Translations under genes and position numbers: made by a program
Source of the DNA: an uncultured Bacillota bacterium
GTDB lineage: Bacteria > Bacillota > DTU025 > MWDF01
Direction: 5' to 3'
NCBI GenBank assembly: GCA_963823655.1
Contig: CAWGMK010000013.1
Span: forward strand, 266,964 to 330,963
Length of the DNA: 64,000 nt
Shown: positions 10,228 to 21,185 of the stretch, piece by piece
How positions within the stretch are numbered: the stretch's first letter is position 1
Layout: every line of letters begins with the position of its first letter
The notes under the pieces: generated by a model
What the model was told of the DNA's origin: nothing
What the model saw: only the letters and a program-made list of their open reading frames with translations
Database searches by the model: none

Positions 10228-10599
10228 GTGCAGTGTCAAATGTCCTTTAGAAGGAACAGGATGCAGGATGCTATAAGAGACGAGCTCTCCGTGATAATCT
10301 CCAAGGAGCTTGGAGACCCGAGGCTTGCTTTCGCAAGCGTCACGGCAGTCGAGCTCGCACAGGATATGGCCTTCGCCAAGGTCTTCATAAGCTCGTTCAA
10401 GAAGGAGCCGGATGCTGCGGACGCGGCAGCCGAAGCGCTTGAATCGGCAAAGGGCCGCATAAGAGGGGAGATCGGCAGGCGCCTTATGATGAGGCATGCC
10501 CCCGAGCTGACCTTCAGGCCCGACCATTCAATGGAGAAGGCAGCGAAAGTGCTCGAGATATTAAACGACATCAAGCAAGAAGCGGAGGAGCCCAAATGA
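10228..10599 (+). CDS. rbfA: Ribosome-binding factor A
   Basis: RbfA-like sequence (RNRMQDAIRDELSVIISKELGDPRL) in operon context. Confidence 0.85.
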   Translation: MQCQMSFRRNRMQDAIRDELSVIISKELGDPRLAFASVTAVELAQDMAFAKVFISSFKKEPDAADAAAEALESAKGRIRGEIGRRLMMRHAPELTFRPDHSMEKAAKVLEILNDIKQEAEEPK

Positions 10600-11594
10600 G
10601 GGTCCCGGAGAATATAATCGCCGCCATACGCAGCGCCGAATCTGTGCTGGTTACGTCTCACATCGTCCCCGACGGCGATGCCATCGGTTCGGTGCTGGGG
10701 CTTGGCCTTTCCTTAAAGGAAGCAGGCAAGCGGGTATATCTGCTGGTAGACGGCGGGGCTCCGAGAAACCTGTCATTTCTTCCCGGTGCGTCCTATATAC
10801 TCACGGACCCCGAGGAGATACCGGAAGGCCTCGACCTTGCGGTAATCCTGGATGTGGGCTCATACGACAGGATAGGAGTCGCAGAGGCTCCTGCAAAGTC
10901 GTGCAAATTGAAGGTGAACATCGACCACCATGCTACGAACTCCGGGTTCACCGAGCTTGCGTGGGTGGATACTTCGGCCCCTGCGACAGGCCTCATGGTG
11001 GCGGAGCTGGTCAAATCATTGGGGCTTCCTTTCAAACCTGCCGCGGCGACTGCGATATTCTGCGCGATTTCAACAGATACCGGCTCTTTCAGGTATAGCA
11101 ACACTAACTCGGCGTGCTTCAGGCTCGCGGCGGAGCTCATCGACGCAGGCGCAGATCCTTATGGAGTGTCCATGAACGTCTACGACAGCAGGCCTCTGGG
11201 CGCGGTAAAAGGGCTGGGCGCAGTGCTTTCCGAAATTGAGATAAAAGTCGGCGGCAAGCTTGCAGTAATGCAAATAAGGCGGGCTCTCATGCTCGAGTAC
11301 GGCCTTAGCGAGAGCGACGTCGAGGGCTTCATCTCCTACGGAAGGTCCATCGACGGCGTCGAAGTATGCGTAGCTTTCAAGGAGCTGGAAGACGGCGTAG
11401 TGAAAGTCGGATTCAGGTCCAAATCGCTTATTGACGTGTCCGTAATTGCCTCCGGGTTCGGAGGGGGCGGCCACAAGCGCGCATCGGGATGCACAGTTGA
11501 AGGCGGCCTTGACAGGGCCCTCGGGATGATCATCCCGGCAGTAGAACGGGCGATTGCGGAAGGGTATTCCCATGGACGGAATTCTAGGGATTGA
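10596..11594 (+). CDS. nrnA: DHH-family phosphoesterase (bifunctional oligoribonuclease/pAp phosphatase, NrnA-like)
   Basis: DHH motif NIDHHATN, a DHHA1-like C-terminal part ending with GGGH. Confidence 0.8.
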   Translation: MRVPENIIAAIRSAESVLVTSHIVPDGDAIGSVLGLGLSLKEAGKRVYLLVDGGAPRNLSFLPGASYILTDPEEIPEGLDLAVILDVGSYDRIGVAEAPAKSCKLKVNIDHHATNSGFTELAWVDTSAPATGLMVAELVKSLGLPFKPAAATAIFCAISTDTGSFRYSNTNSACFRLAAELIDAGADPYGVSMNVYDSRPLGAVKGLGAVLSEIEIKVGGKLAVMQIRRALMLEYGLSESDVEGFISYGRSIDGVEVCVAFKELEDGVVKVGFRSKSLIDVSVIASGFGGGGHKRASGCTVEGGLDRALGMIIPAVERAIAEGYSHGRNSRD

Positions 11595-12519
11595 CAAGCC
11601 CGCAGGCCTGACGTCCTTCGATGTTGTTGCAAGGATGCGGAGGGCTTCAAGGGAAAAGAGAATTGGCCATACAGGCACACTGGATCCGGAGGCAACAGGC
11701 GTGCTTGTAATCTGTATGGGGGCGGCCACAAGGCTTTCCTCAAGGCTTACCGAAAGCACCAAGTCTTACTCGGCCGGCCTTTCGCTTGGCAGGTCAACCG
11801 ACACAGCCGACGCCTGGGGCCGGACTATCCGCGAGGAGGCCGGCTTTATTTTACGCCCTGCCGAGCTTATATCTTGCCTTGCGAGCTTCCAGGGTGAAAT
11901 TCTTCAGGTACCTCCCATGTTCTCGGCTTTGAAAGTGGGCGGCAGGAAGCTTTACGATATGGCGAGAAACGGCGAGCAGGTAGAGAGGGCAGCGAGGAAA
12001 GTAACGATATCCTCGATATCAGCCAATATCCCGCCCGACAAGGCAGAGCTCAAATTCGGCGATGTGGTGGAGATTTCGGTTGAGTGCTCAGCCGGCACCT
12101 ATATCAGGACGCTTTGTGAGGATATCGGGAAGTGCCTCGGCATACCGTCGCACATGTCCAGCCTGAGAAGGACCTATGCATCGGGATTCGCAATAGAGCA
12201 GTGCCTGAAGCTGGAACAGGCGGAGAAGATCGCATCCTCCGGTGAGCTGCGATCCATTATCATACCGATAGAAAAGGCGCTTCCGTTGATGCCTCGCGTA
12301 ATGCTTGAGGCATTCGATGCAAACAGGGCTTGCATGGGCAATGAGATATTGTATCCAGGTCATATCGACTCCGATGAGGCGATGCTGATCGGGCCTTCTG
12401 GCGAGGCGATAGCCATCGCGCTGGCAGATACAATTCCAGCTGATAATAACAGGACTATACTAAGGCCCAGGGTCGTTTTCAGAAGTTCGGAGGAAGTTTT
12501 CGCAAATGGCGCCAGGTAA
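11572..12519 (+). CDS. truB: tRNA pseudouridine(55) synthase TruB
   Basis: GILGIDKPAGLTSFDVV..GHTGTLDPEATGVL catalytic motif. Confidence 0.9.
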   Translation: MDGILGIDKPAGLTSFDVVARMRRASREKRIGHTGTLDPEATGVLVICMGAATRLSSRLTESTKSYSAGLSLGRSTDTADAWGRTIREEAGFILRPAELISCLASFQGEILQVPPMFSALKVGGRKLYDMARNGEQVERAARKVTISSISANIPPDKAELKFGDVVEISVECSAGTYIRTLCEDIGKCLGIPSHMSSLRRTYASGFAIEQCLKLEQAEKIASSGELRSIIIPIEKALPLMPRVMLEAFDANRACMGNEILYPGHIDSDEAMLIGPSGEAIAIALADTIPADNNRTILRPRVVFRSSEEVFANGAR

Positions 12520-13285
12520 TATGAATGCAATAGCGCTCGGGACATTCGACGGCGTGCATATCGCCCACAGGATGCTCATCAAACAGGCACTTGCCGCGAA
12601 ATCTGGCGGCAAGGTCATAGCCGTTACCTTCGACAGGATCCCGGGTTCGATGTTCGGAAAAGACGGCAAGATGCGGCAGATTGTAGATTGCCAGGACAAG
12701 CTGCGCCTTTTGTATAACGCAGGGGCCGAGGAAGTGAAGCTTCTGGCCTTTGACGAGAAGCTCTACTCAATGAGCCCGGAGGCCTTCTTCGAAGAGATCA
12801 TTGTAGGACGTTATGGCGCCGGGCTGCTGGCTGTCGGCCATGATTACAGGTTCGGCAGGGGAGGCAAAGGAGACGTAGACCTTCTTCAGAGGCTCTGTAT
12901 AGAACAAGGCGTGCAGCTTCTGGTGCTCGGGGAGATGTCCATGGGGGATATCAGGATTTCGAGCTCGGAGATCAGGCGCAGGATAGCCTCCGGGCAGTCC
13001 TTGGAAGCCGCCGAAATGCTGGGCAGGGTGCATTCTTTCAAAGCCGTCGGAAGCGGCGGTTCCTATCTCGTGGATGAGGAGCTTGCGCTGCCGCCCGCAG
13101 GGATGAAGTTCAAAACCGCAGTATTCGACGATTTGCCCGATTTCGCAAGCTTCGATGAATACGATTCCATATTTTGGTTGGAGCAATCCCGGGACGGATA
13201 TGTAATCAGGCTTCAGGGCAATGCTCCGATCCGGGGCAAAAGGGAGATCTATTTGCTCTTCGGCCCTCGGGCCGGCCAGGTTTAA
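12506..13285 (+). CDS. ribF: FAD synthetase / riboflavin kinase RibF-like. The C-terminal kinase part is short or divergent
   Basis: N-terminal FAD synthetase motif [12 protein letters not shown] and the conserved truB-ribF-rpsO order. Confidence 0.7.
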   Translation: MAPGNMNAIALGTFDGVHIAHRMLIKQALAAKSGGKVIAVTFDRIPGSMFGKDGKMRQIVDCQDKLRLLYNAGAEEVKLLAFDEKLYSMSPEAFFEEIIVGRYGAGLLAVGHDYRFGRGGKGDVDLLQRLCIEQGVQLLVLGEMSMGDIRISSSEIRRRIASGQSLEAAEMLGRVHSFKAVGSGGSYLVDEELALPPAGMKFKTAVFDDLPDFASFDEYDSIFWLEQSRDGYVIRLQGNAPIRGKREIYLLFGPRAGQV

Positions 13286-13287
13286 GG

Positions 13288-13316
13288 TTTACAGGTCCAA
13301 GCTGCTCTGTTATACT
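13288..13316 (+). promoter_or_regulatory. Putative sigma-A promoter for rpsO (TTTACA-17-TATACT)
   Basis: Near-consensus hexamers with a 17-nt spacer, about 90 nt upstream of rpsO. Confidence 0.45.
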
Positions 13317-13404
13317 GTTATGTGTATTAAGCCAACCCATGCTCAGATGCTCGCAACTCCGGCGGCTTCCTAGCTTGGGGGGTCATAAAATGGAGGAGAA
13401 AGAA

Positions 13405-13674
13405 ATGCCGCTAGATCTCGTAAAGAAGAGACAGATCATCGATGAGTACAAACAACATGAAACAGACACCGGTTCGCCTGAAGTGCAGGTCGCGATGCTG
13501 ACCGAGAGGATCAATTACCTCACAGAGCATCTAAAGGAGCACAAGAAGGACCATCACTCGCGCCGTGGGCTTTTGAAGATGGTCGGACAAAGGCGAAGCC
13601 TATTGAACTATCTGAAGGACCGCGATGTAGATCGCTACCGCGCGATAGTCGAGAAGCTGGGTCTGCGCAAATAA
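13405..13674 (+). CDS. rpsO: 30S ribosomal protein S15
   Basis: [44 protein letters not shown]..; RBS ggaggag lies 6 nt upstream. Confidence 0.95.
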   Translation: MPLDLVKKRQIIDEYKQHETDTGSPEVQVAMLTERINYLTEHLKEHKKDHHSRRGLLKMVGQRRSLLNYLKDRDVDRYRAIVEKLGLRK

Positions 13675-13685
13675 TAGACGCATAT

Positions 13686-13730
13686 GGGAGCGTGGAGGCG
13701 AAGAAGGTCCTAACCGCGCTCCCTTATTTT
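13686..13730 (+). terminator. Stem-loop plus T-tract between rpsO and pnp (rpsO terminator / pnp leader processing hairpin)
   Basis: gggagcg..cgctccc stem followed by ttatttt. Confidence 0.5.
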
Positions 13731-13752
13731 GAGGAGGAAGTGTAAAGAGAAG

Positions 13753-15993
13753 ATGCATCAAATTTTCACAATGGAAATTGGAGGGAAAACATTTACGGCC
13801 GAGACGGGCAAGTTCGCCAAGCAGGCATCAGGTTCGGTCCTTTGCCGTTATTCGGACACTGTGGTGCTGGTAACAGCCACGATGTCCAAGCAGCCCAGAC
13901 TGGGAATAGATTTCTTCCCGCTCACGGTGGACTATGAAGAGAGGATGTATGCCGCAGGCAAGATACCCGGCGGCTTCATCAAGAGGGAAGGTAGGCCCAG
14001 CGAAGCAGCCATACTTGCAGGCAGGATGATAGACCGCCCTGTAAGGCCCCTTTTCCCGGAGGGCTTCAGAAACGACGTCCAGGTGGTAGCCACTGTTCTG
14101 TCAGTAGAGCAGGGCGTCGAACCCTCGCTAGTAGCGATGAACGGCGCATCCATCGCCCTTTCGATCTCACCGACCCCCTTCCAGGGACCCATCGGCGGAG
14201 TGAAAGTGGGCAGGGTGGACGGCAAGTTCATAATCAACCCCGACACTGAGCAGCAGAAGGCATCCGACATGTCCGTGGTTGTGGCAGGCACGCGCGACGC
14301 CATACTCATGGTAGAAGCCGGCGCCAACGAAGTCAGCGAGGCTGACATGCTCGAGGCCATTCTATTCGGCCACGAACAGATCAAGAAGATCATCGAATTC
14401 CAGGACGGGATCGTTGCCGCCGCTGGCGCCCCGAAGGTGGAGTTCAAGAACTTCGAGCCTGCAGCCGAAAAGATGGACATGGTGCGCTCATTCGGCGAGG
14501 CCATGCTTATAGAAGCCGTGAAGAACCCCGACAAGCTCTCCCGCGATGCGAAGATTGAGGAGGCGAAAGCCGCCATATACGAGCATTTCAGCGAGCAGAT
14601 GGGCGAAGGCGCCGACCTCGGGGAGCTTTCATACATAGTCGATTTCCTGGAGAAGGAAGTCGTCCGCATGATGATCACAAGGGAGCACATGAGGCCCGAC
14701 GGCCGTGCCCTTGACGAGATCAGGCCCTTGTACTGCGAAGTCGGCCTGCTTCCCAGAGTCCACGGATCCGGCCTTTTCCAGCGCGGCCAGACCCAGGTCC
14801 TGACAAGCTGCACGCTAGGTTCGGCAAGCGAGGAGCAGATCCTAGACGGCCTCGGACTTGAGGAATCGAAGAACTATATGCACCAGTACAACTTCCCGCC
14901 TTACTCGGTAGGCGAAGTAAAGCCCATGAGAGGCCCCGGCCGCCGCGAGATAGGGCACGGTGCCCTTGCAGAGCGCGCTCTTGTGCCTGTGATACCCCCT
15001 CAGGATGTCTTCCCTTACACCATAAGGATGGTATCCGAGGCTATCGAATCTAACGGCTCAACCAGCCAGGCATCGATATGCGGCAGCACCCTCGCCCTTA
15101 TGAACGCGGGCGTGCCGATAAGGAAGCCCGTTGCCGGAGTAGCGATGGGACTCGTCAAATTCGGCGAGGACTACGCAATACTTACAGACATCCAGGGCAT
15201 AGAGGACCATTTGGGCGACATGGACTTCAAAGTCGCGGGAACCGCAGACGGCATCACCGCCATTCAGATGGACATAAAGATCAAGGGCCTTTCCAAGGAC
15301 ATCCTCGAGAAGGCACTTGCCCAGGCGAAGAAGGGCAGACTGTTCATCCTGAAGACCATGCTCGAGTGCATCGACAAGCCCAACACAGAGCTTTCACCTT
15401 ACGCGCCCAGGATAATCTCCTTCACCATCGACGTCGACAAGATCAGGGAGGTAATTGGCCCTGGCGGCAAGATGATAAGGAAGATAATCGAGATGACAGG
15501 CGCCGGCATAGACATAGAGGATGACGGCCGCGTATTCGTGTCATCAGTAGGCCAGGAGGGCGCAATCAAGGCCGAGAACTACATCAAGGCACTTGTCAGC
15601 GACCCCGTGGTAGGCACGGTTTATAACGGCAAGGTCACAAGGATAATGACTTTCGGAGCCTTTGTGGAGATCCTCCCGGGCAAGGAAGGCCTCGTACATA
15701 TTTCCCAGCTGGCGGCCGATCGCGTTGCCAAGGTGGAGGACGTCGTCAAAGTGGGCGATGAGCTTTCAGTCAAGCTGATGGAGATCGACTCCCAGGGAAG
15801 GCTGAACCTATCGCACAAGGAGCTGCTGCCCAAGCCGGAAAGGCCAGCTGTTAGTCCGATCGAAAGGCCAATCGCCCCTCAGATCGAAAGACCGGCGGCA
15901 AAGCCGGTAGAGCAGGCGGAACCGGTAGAGCAGACACAGAAGTCAGAAGATGACCTCGACGGCAAGTTCTACGCCAGGCCCAAGCGCAGCTAG
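13753..15993 (+). CDS. pnp: Polynucleotide phosphorylase (polyribonucleotide nucleotidyltransferase) with a low-complexity C-terminal tail
   Basis: Two RNase PH domains, KH and S1 domains ([26 protein letters not shown]). The start is uncertain (13729, 13753 or 13771). Confidence 0.9.
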   Translation: MHQIFTMEIGGKTFTAETGKFAKQASGSVLCRYSDTVVLVTATMSKQPRLGIDFFPLTVDYEERMYAAGKIPGGFIKREGRPSEAAILAGRMIDRPVRPLFPEGFRNDVQVVATVLSVEQGVEPSLVAMNGASIALSISPTPFQGPIGGVKVGRVDGKFIINPDTEQQKASDMSVVVAGTRDAILMVEAGANEVSEADMLEAILFGHEQIKKIIEFQDGIVAAAGAPKVEFKNFEPAAEKMDMVRSFGEAMLIEAVKNPDKLSRDAKIEEAKAAIYEHFSEQMGEGADLGELSYIVDFLEKEVVRMMITREHMRPDGRALDEIRPLYCEVGLLPRVHGSGLFQRGQTQVLTSCTLGSASEEQILDGLGLEESKNYMHQYNFPPYSVGEVKPMRGPGRREIGHGALAERALVPVIPPQDVFPYTIRMVSEAIESNGSTSQASICGSTLALMNAGVPIRKPVAGVAMGLVKFGEDYAILTDIQGIEDHLGDMDFKVAGTADGITAIQMDIKIKGLSKDILEKALAQAKKGRLFILKTMLECIDKPNTELSPYAPRIISFTIDVDKIREVIGPGGKMIRKIIEMTGAGIDIEDDGRVFVSSVGQEGAIKAENYIKALVSDPVVGTVYNGKVTRIMTFGAFVEILPGKEGLVHISQLAADRVAKVEDVVKVGDELSVKLMEIDSQGRLNLSHKELLPKPERPAVSPIERPIAPQIERPAAKPVEQAEPVEQTQKSEDDLDGKFYARPKRS

Positions 15994-16041
15994 TAACAAG
16001 TACTTCAGCGCGAAAGGACCATGACAATACGGAGGTGCCTT

Positions 16042-17124
16042 ATGAGCAACGCAGGAAGAGGCCCGATTACCGTACTTGCTGTAAATCCGGGCTCGACTTC
16101 AACCAAGGCGGCCGTCTTCACTGACGGCAAGCTGTCGGAATCATTCAGCATAGAGCATGACAAAGCGGTCCTTGATTCGCTGGGGGCAATCAAGGACCAG
16201 CTCACATACAGACTGGATGGTATAAGAGCCGCCCTTGTCCACGACGCCGGATGCCTTGACGGGCTGAGCGCAGTAGTGGGAAGGGGCGGCCTTCTCAAAC
16301 CTATGGAGGGCGGGGTGTATGAGGTCGGCCTCAAAATGGTCGAAGATGCCCTGGAGCGCCCCATGGCGCAGCATGCGGCAAATCTCGGCTGTGCGCTTGC
16401 CTTCAACCTTGCAAAGGAGCACGGTGTGCCCGCCTATATAGTGGATGCCGTCTGTACGGACGAGTACGAGCCCGAAGCCCGCATATCGGGGCTTCCCGCG
16501 GTGCCCAGGATATCCTTCCTGCACGCCCTCTCTGCGAGGGCATCTGCCAGAAGGGCCGCCTCCGAGCTCGGCCTGGCCTTCGAAAAGGCGAGCTTCGTCG
16601 TAGCGCACATGGGAGGCGGGACCACAATCTGCTCGGTCAGGGGCGGAAGGCTAATCGATGCCAACAACTCAAATGACGAAGGACCTTTCACACCTGAAAG
16701 GACCGGCACTCTGCCGGCTGGCTCGGTTGTGGATATTTGTTATTCGGGCAAGTACACTAAGCAGCAGCTAAGAGACATATTCCTTCGCAAAAGCGGCCTG
16801 TTCGGATATACCGGCACCAATGACGCCAGGGAGATAATCAAAAGGATTGAGGCCGGCGACGAGAAGGCGAGGGAAGTCATGTCAGCCATGGCATACCAGA
16901 CAGCAAAAGAGATAGGCGCCTATGCCGCGGTCCTTTCCGGGAAACAGGACGCGGTCGTGCTGACCGGAGGCCTTGCTAACTGGTCCATGTTCGTCCAGGA
17001 GCTTACAGGATACATTTCATTTTTAGGCAAAATCCTTGTGTATCCGGGAGAGAATGAGATGCAGGCGCTTGGCGAAGGCGCAACGCTTGCCGTAATGGGC
17101 AAAGTGCCCGTGAAGAAATACTGA
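16042..17124 (+). CDS. buk: Butyrate (branched-chain fatty acid) kinase
   Basis: VLAVNPGSTSTKAAVF N-terminus and acetate/butyrate kinase family fold; RBS acggaggtg. Confidence 0.85.
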   Translation: MSNAGRGPITVLAVNPGSTSTKAAVFTDGKLSESFSIEHDKAVLDSLGAIKDQLTYRLDGIRAALVHDAGCLDGLSAVVGRGGLLKPMEGGVYEVGLKMVEDALERPMAQHAANLGCALAFNLAKEHGVPAYIVDAVCTDEYEPEARISGLPAVPRISFLHALSARASARRAASELGLAFEKASFVVAHMGGGTTICSVRGGRLIDANNSNDEGPFTPERTGTLPAGSVVDICYSGKYTKQQLRDIFLRKSGLFGYTGTNDAREIIKRIEAGDEKAREVMSAMAYQTAKEIGAYAAVLSGKQDAVVLTGGLANWSMFVQELTGYISFLGKILVYPGENEMQALGEGATLAVMGKVPVKKY

Positions 17125-17140
17125 TGAGGGGGGCTTTGGG

Positions 17141-18048
17141 ATGCTGAATACCTTCCAGCAGATTATCGATGAGGCAAAAAGGGGCGGCAAACAGCGAATA
17201 GCGATAGCCGCCGCAAATGACGCCGATGTCCTGGAGGCTGTCAAAATGGCGATGGAAATCGGGCTTGCCGATTTCACGCTGTTCGGGGACCTGGCCTCCA
17301 TTAGGCAGACTGGCAAAGGAAGTCGGGCTGAGCCTTAAAGATGTAGAGATAGTCGACGAACCAATCCTTACAACCGCCGCGCTCAAAGCCGTGCAGCATG
17401 TCAGCTCCGGCAAGGCAGGAACCCTTATGAAGGGCCTAATAGGCACGTCCGATTTTCTAAGGGCAGTGCTCGACAAGGAAGTGGGCCTCCGGACAGGAAA
17501 CCTCCTATCCCATGTGGCCGTCATCAAATCGTGCCAGGTTCGACAGGTTCTTCTACCTTACCGACGGGGGCATGAACATATCGCCCACGCTCGAGCAGAA
17601 GGTACAGATAATCGGAAACGCCGTTAAAGTGGCCCATGCGCTGGGCAATCCGGAACCAAAGGTGGCCTGCATATCAGCGGTGGAGATTGTAAATCCCGAC
17701 ATTGCGGCCACGATGGATGCCGCACTTCTCGCGAAGATGAGCGACAGGAAACAGATCAAAGGCTGCATAGTCGACGGCCCGTTCGGCCTGGATAATGCGG
17801 TTTCAGCTGAAGCGGCCAAACATAAGGGGGTAACAGGCCCTGTGGCCGGCCAGGCTGAGATTCTGATGTGCCCCGACATTAACACGGGAAATGTGATCTA
17901 CAAGGCCCTGAGCTACTTCGCCGACATCGAATGCGGCGCAATGATCGCGGGGGCAAGGGCCCCGATAGTGCTCACCAGCAGGGCCGATTCGCCCAGGACC
18001 AAGCTTTTATCGATGGCGACTGCAGCAGCTGTTGCCCGCAACTCCTGA
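17141..18048 (+). pseudogene. ptb: Phosphate butyryltransferase, interrupted by two frame changes (about 17300 and 17535)
   Basis: Three consecutive ORFs in different frames each match successive parts of Ptb (RIAIAAANDADVLEAV.. / ..SSGKAGTLMKGLIGTSDFLRAVL..LSHVAV / ..FYLTDGGMNISPTLEQK..). Confidence 0.7.
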
Positions 18049-18070
18049 AAGTAAATCAAGGAGGTTCAAA

Positions 18071-19138
18071 ATGAGGCTCCTTATAATTAACCCCGGCTCG
18101 ACTTCAACAAAGGTTGCCCTTTTCGAAGGCCTGAGCCAGACGGCGGCCGAGACTCTGAGGCATTCCCCGGAGCAGCTTTCCCCATACCCAACCATAGCCG
18201 ACCAGCTCGATTTCAGGGCTGCCGAGGTCAGCGATTTCCTCATGGCCCAGGGCAACCCTCCTTTGGACGCAGTAATGGGAAGAGGCGGTCTGCTCCCACC
18301 AATGCCAAGCGGTGTCTATGAGGTTGATGATGCCCTCATGGAGAAGCTGCTGCATCCTTCAGGCCAGCATGCATCCAACCTCGGGGGACTGATCGCAAAG
18401 AAGATCGCCGCCGAGAGGGGCATCCGTGCTTTCATTGCGGACAGCGTAACCACGGATGAGCTCTGCCCTCTGGCGAGATATTCGGGAAGCCCCCTAATTC
18501 AGAGGGTCAGCATCTTCCATGCGCTCAACCAGAAATCCATAGCAAGGCACGCCGCAAAGGACATGGGCAGGCCTTATGAGGAACTGAACCTGATAGTCTG
18601 CCACTTAGGAGGCGGCGTAAGCGTCGGAGCCCATCACAATGGAAGGGTAGTAGACGTAAACAACGCGCTGGACGGCGACGGGCCGTTAGCCCCCGAAAGG
18701 GCAGGAACCTTACCTTTAAACGGCCTTTTAGACCTCTGCTATTCCGGGCAGTACACGCACTCCCAGGCAAGGAAGCTGCTAACTGGCGGCGGGGGTTTCG
18801 TAGCCCATTTGAGCACCAATTCGGGGACCAAGCTCGAAGAGATGGTTGCCGCGGGGGATAAGAAGGCTGAGCTCATCGAAAAAGCCTTCGCGTACACCCT
18901 GGCCAAAGAAGTGGGCCGCATGGCCGCCGTCTTGAAAGGTAAAGTCGACGCAATCATAATTACCGGCGGACTGGCCCATTCCGAGAGGATATGTTCTATG
19001 ATAAAAGAGATGGTGGGAGCCTTCGGGGAAGTGAAATGCTACCCCGGGGAGGATGAGATGAAAGCCTTGGCCGAGGCCGGCGAAAGGGTGCTCGGCTCTG
19101 CCCGCCAAATGCCACCGAAAGGAGGTCAGCCTTGTTGA
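18071..19138 (+). CDS. buk2: Butyrate kinase paralog
   Basis: MRLLIINPGSTSTKVALF. RBS aaggagg; second acetate/butyrate-kinase family member. Confidence 0.85.
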   Translation: MRLLIINPGSTSTKVALFEGLSQTAAETLRHSPEQLSPYPTIADQLDFRAAEVSDFLMAQGNPPLDAVMGRGGLLPPMPSGVYEVDDALMEKLLHPSGQHASNLGGLIAKKIAAERGIRAFIADSVTTDELCPLARYSGSPLIQRVSIFHALNQKSIARHAAKDMGRPYEELNLIVCHLGGGVSVGAHHNGRVVDVNNALDGDGPLAPERAGTLPLNGLLDLCYSGQYTHSQARKLLTGGGGFVAHLSTNSGTKLEEMVAAGDKKAELIEKAFAYTLAKEVGRMAAVLKGKVDAIIITGGLAHSERICSMIKEMVGAFGEVKCYPGEDEMKALAEAGERVLGSARQMPPKGGQPC

Positions 19139-19341
19139 AGAAAGTCGTAATCGACATCGAACGCTGCAAGGGGTGCGAACTTTGCGTAAGGTACTGCCCC
19201 AAGGATGCCCTGGCAATTGATGAGACAACCAATTCGAAGGGATACCTTCCTGCCTTCCTCAAAGACGAGGAAGCGTGCATAAGCTGCGGAATTTGCGGGA
19301 AGATGTGCCCGGATTCCGCAATCGAAGTATTCAAGCCCTAG
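19132..19341 (+). CDS. vorD: 2-oxoacid:ferredoxin oxidoreductase delta subunit (2x[4Fe-4S] ferredoxin)
   Basis: CKGCELCVRYCP and CISCGICGKMCP cluster motifs. TTG start overlapping the buk2 stop. Confidence 0.8.
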   Translation: MLKKVVIDIERCKGCELCVRYCPKDALAIDETTNSKGYLPAFLKDEEACISCGICGKMCPDSAIEVFKP

Positions 19342-19368
19342 CGCAGTAAACTTAAGGAGGCATTTGAA

Positions 19369-20436
19369 GTGTCTGAGAAGAAGCTTTTCAAGGGCAATGA
19401 GGCCGTAGGCGAAGCCGCCATAAGGGCCGGCTGCCGCTATTTCTTCGGCTATCCCATAACTCCTCAGAACGAGATACCGGAATATATGTCCAGGAGGCTG
19501 CCTGAAGTGGGCGGCTGTTTCCTGCAGGCGGAAAGCGAAGTTGCCGCAATAAACATGGTATACGGCGCCGCTGCCGCAGGGGCAAGGGTCATGACCTCGT
19601 CATCGAGCCCGGGCATCTCATTGAAGATGGAGGGCATATCCTATATAGCAGGCTCTCTGCTGTCGCCGCTGATCGTCAACATGGTCCGCGGAGGACCGGG
19701 GCTTGGCGACATACAGCCATCTCAAAGCGACTATTTCCAGGCCACCAAAGGAGGCGGGCATGGGGACTACAAGCTGATTGTATTCACCCCCGCAAGCATA
19801 CAGGAGATGGTGGACCTGATATACATATCCTTCGAGACGGGTGAGAAGTACCTTATGCCGGTCATGATACTTGCCGACGGAGTGCTCGGCCAGATGATGG
19901 AATCGGTGGAGTTCCCCGAGATGAAGGAGCCTAATGATCCCAATTCCAGTTCATTTGCCATTACCGGGGCTGCAGGAAGGCCAGCGAGGGTTGTCAAGGC
20001 CTTCGACCTGGATCCCGAGAAGATGTATCAGCTGAACATGGAGATGGCGGAGAGAAACAAGCTTGTAGAGAAGAATGAGACAAGGGTAGAAGAATACATG
20101 ATGGACGATGCCGAGTTCGCGCTTGTGGCATACGGCACCTCAAGCAGGATATGCCGCTCGGCTGTGGATAAGGCGAGGGCCGAAGGGCTGAAGCTTGGGC
20201 TTATCAGGCCGATAACGGTCTGGCCGTTCCCTTACGAGACGATAAGGAAAGCAGCCTCAAAGGTAAAGGGGTTCCTGGTAGTCGAGATGAGCCTGGGCCA
20301 ATTCATAGAGGACGTCAGGCTCGCGGTAGAGGGAAAGAAGCCCGTCGCGCTGCACGCAATACCTGGAGGCCTCATCCCCAAGAGGGACGAAGTGCTTGCG
20401 CAGGTACATGGCATACTTGACGGGAAGGGGGTTTGA
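19369..20436 (+). CDS. vorA: 2-oxoacid (2-ketoisovalerate/2-oxoglutarate):ferredoxin oxidoreductase alpha subunit
   Basis: KGNEAVGEAAIRAGCRYFFGYPITPQNEI N-terminus typical of the KorA/VorA family. Confidence 0.85.
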   Translation: MSEKKLFKGNEAVGEAAIRAGCRYFFGYPITPQNEIPEYMSRRLPEVGGCFLQAESEVAAINMVYGAAAAGARVMTSSSSPGISLKMEGISYIAGSLLSPLIVNMVRGGPGLGDIQPSQSDYFQATKGGGHGDYKLIVFTPASIQEMVDLIYISFETGEKYLMPVMILADGVLGQMMESVEFPEMKEPNDPNSSSFAITGAAGRPARVVKAFDLDPEKMYQLNMEMAERNKLVEKNETRVEEYMMDDAEFALVAYGTSSRICRSAVDKARAEGLKLGLIRPITVWPFPYETIRKAASKVKGFLVVEMSLGQFIEDVRLAVEGKKPVALHAIPGGLIPKRDEVLAQVHGILDGKGV

Positions 20437-21185
20437 GCATGCAGGAGGTCTACAGGACAGCCAAGTCACTGACGAAAGCAACTATGCACTACTGCCCGGG
20501 TTGCACACATGGCATAATTCATAAGCTGGTGGCGGAGTCAATCGACGAGCTCGGTATTAGGGAGAAGACTATAGGCGTTGCCCCGGTGGGTTGCGCTGTG
20601 CTCGCCTACCAGTACATAGATACGGACTTCGCAGTAGCGGCCCACGGCAGGGCGCCTGCCATGGCCACAGGCATCAAAAGGGTGCACCCCGACAAGATCG
20701 TATTCACATATCAAGGTGACGGAGACCTAGCGTCCATTGGCACGGCTGAGATCGTCCATGCCGCGATGAGGGGCGAGAAGATAACGGTAATTTTCGTAAA
20801 CAACGCGATTTACGGCATGACGGGAGGACAGATGGCGCCGACCACGCTAGTTGGGCAGAAGACCAGCACATCTCCCTACGGCAGGCAGGTCGAGCACTGC
20901 GGCAGCCCCATAAGGATGTCGGAGCTTCTTGCAACGATACCCGGAGCCTACTATGTCACAAGAGTATCGGTTACAACGCCCGCGGGCCTTGCAAAGGCCA
21001 AGCGTGCAATCAAGAGGGCATTCCAAAACCAGATCGACGGCAAGGGGCTGAGCATTGTAGAAGTGCTCTCCACATGTCCTACGAACTGGGGCAGGGCGCC
21101 TTTTGAGTCCATGCGCTGGGTAGACGAGAACATGGCCCCCTATTTTCCGCTAGGAGACTACAAGACGGCGGAGGAGGCGAAATAG
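20433..21185 (+). CDS. vorB: 2-oxoacid:ferredoxin oxidoreductase beta subunit (TPP-binding)
   Basis: HYCPGCTHGI and GDGD TPP-binding motifs. Confidence 0.85.
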   Translation: MSMQEVYRTAKSLTKATMHYCPGCTHGIIHKLVAESIDELGIREKTIGVAPVGCAVLAYQYIDTDFAVAAHGRAPAMATGIKRVHPDKIVFTYQGDGDLASIGTAEIVHAAMRGEKITVIFVNNAIYGMTGGQMAPTTLVGQKTSTSPYGRQVEHCGSPIRMSELLATIPGAYYVTRVSVTTPAGLAKAKRAIKRAFQNQIDGKGLSIVEVLSTCPTNWGRAPFESMRWVDENMAPYFPLGDYKTAEEAK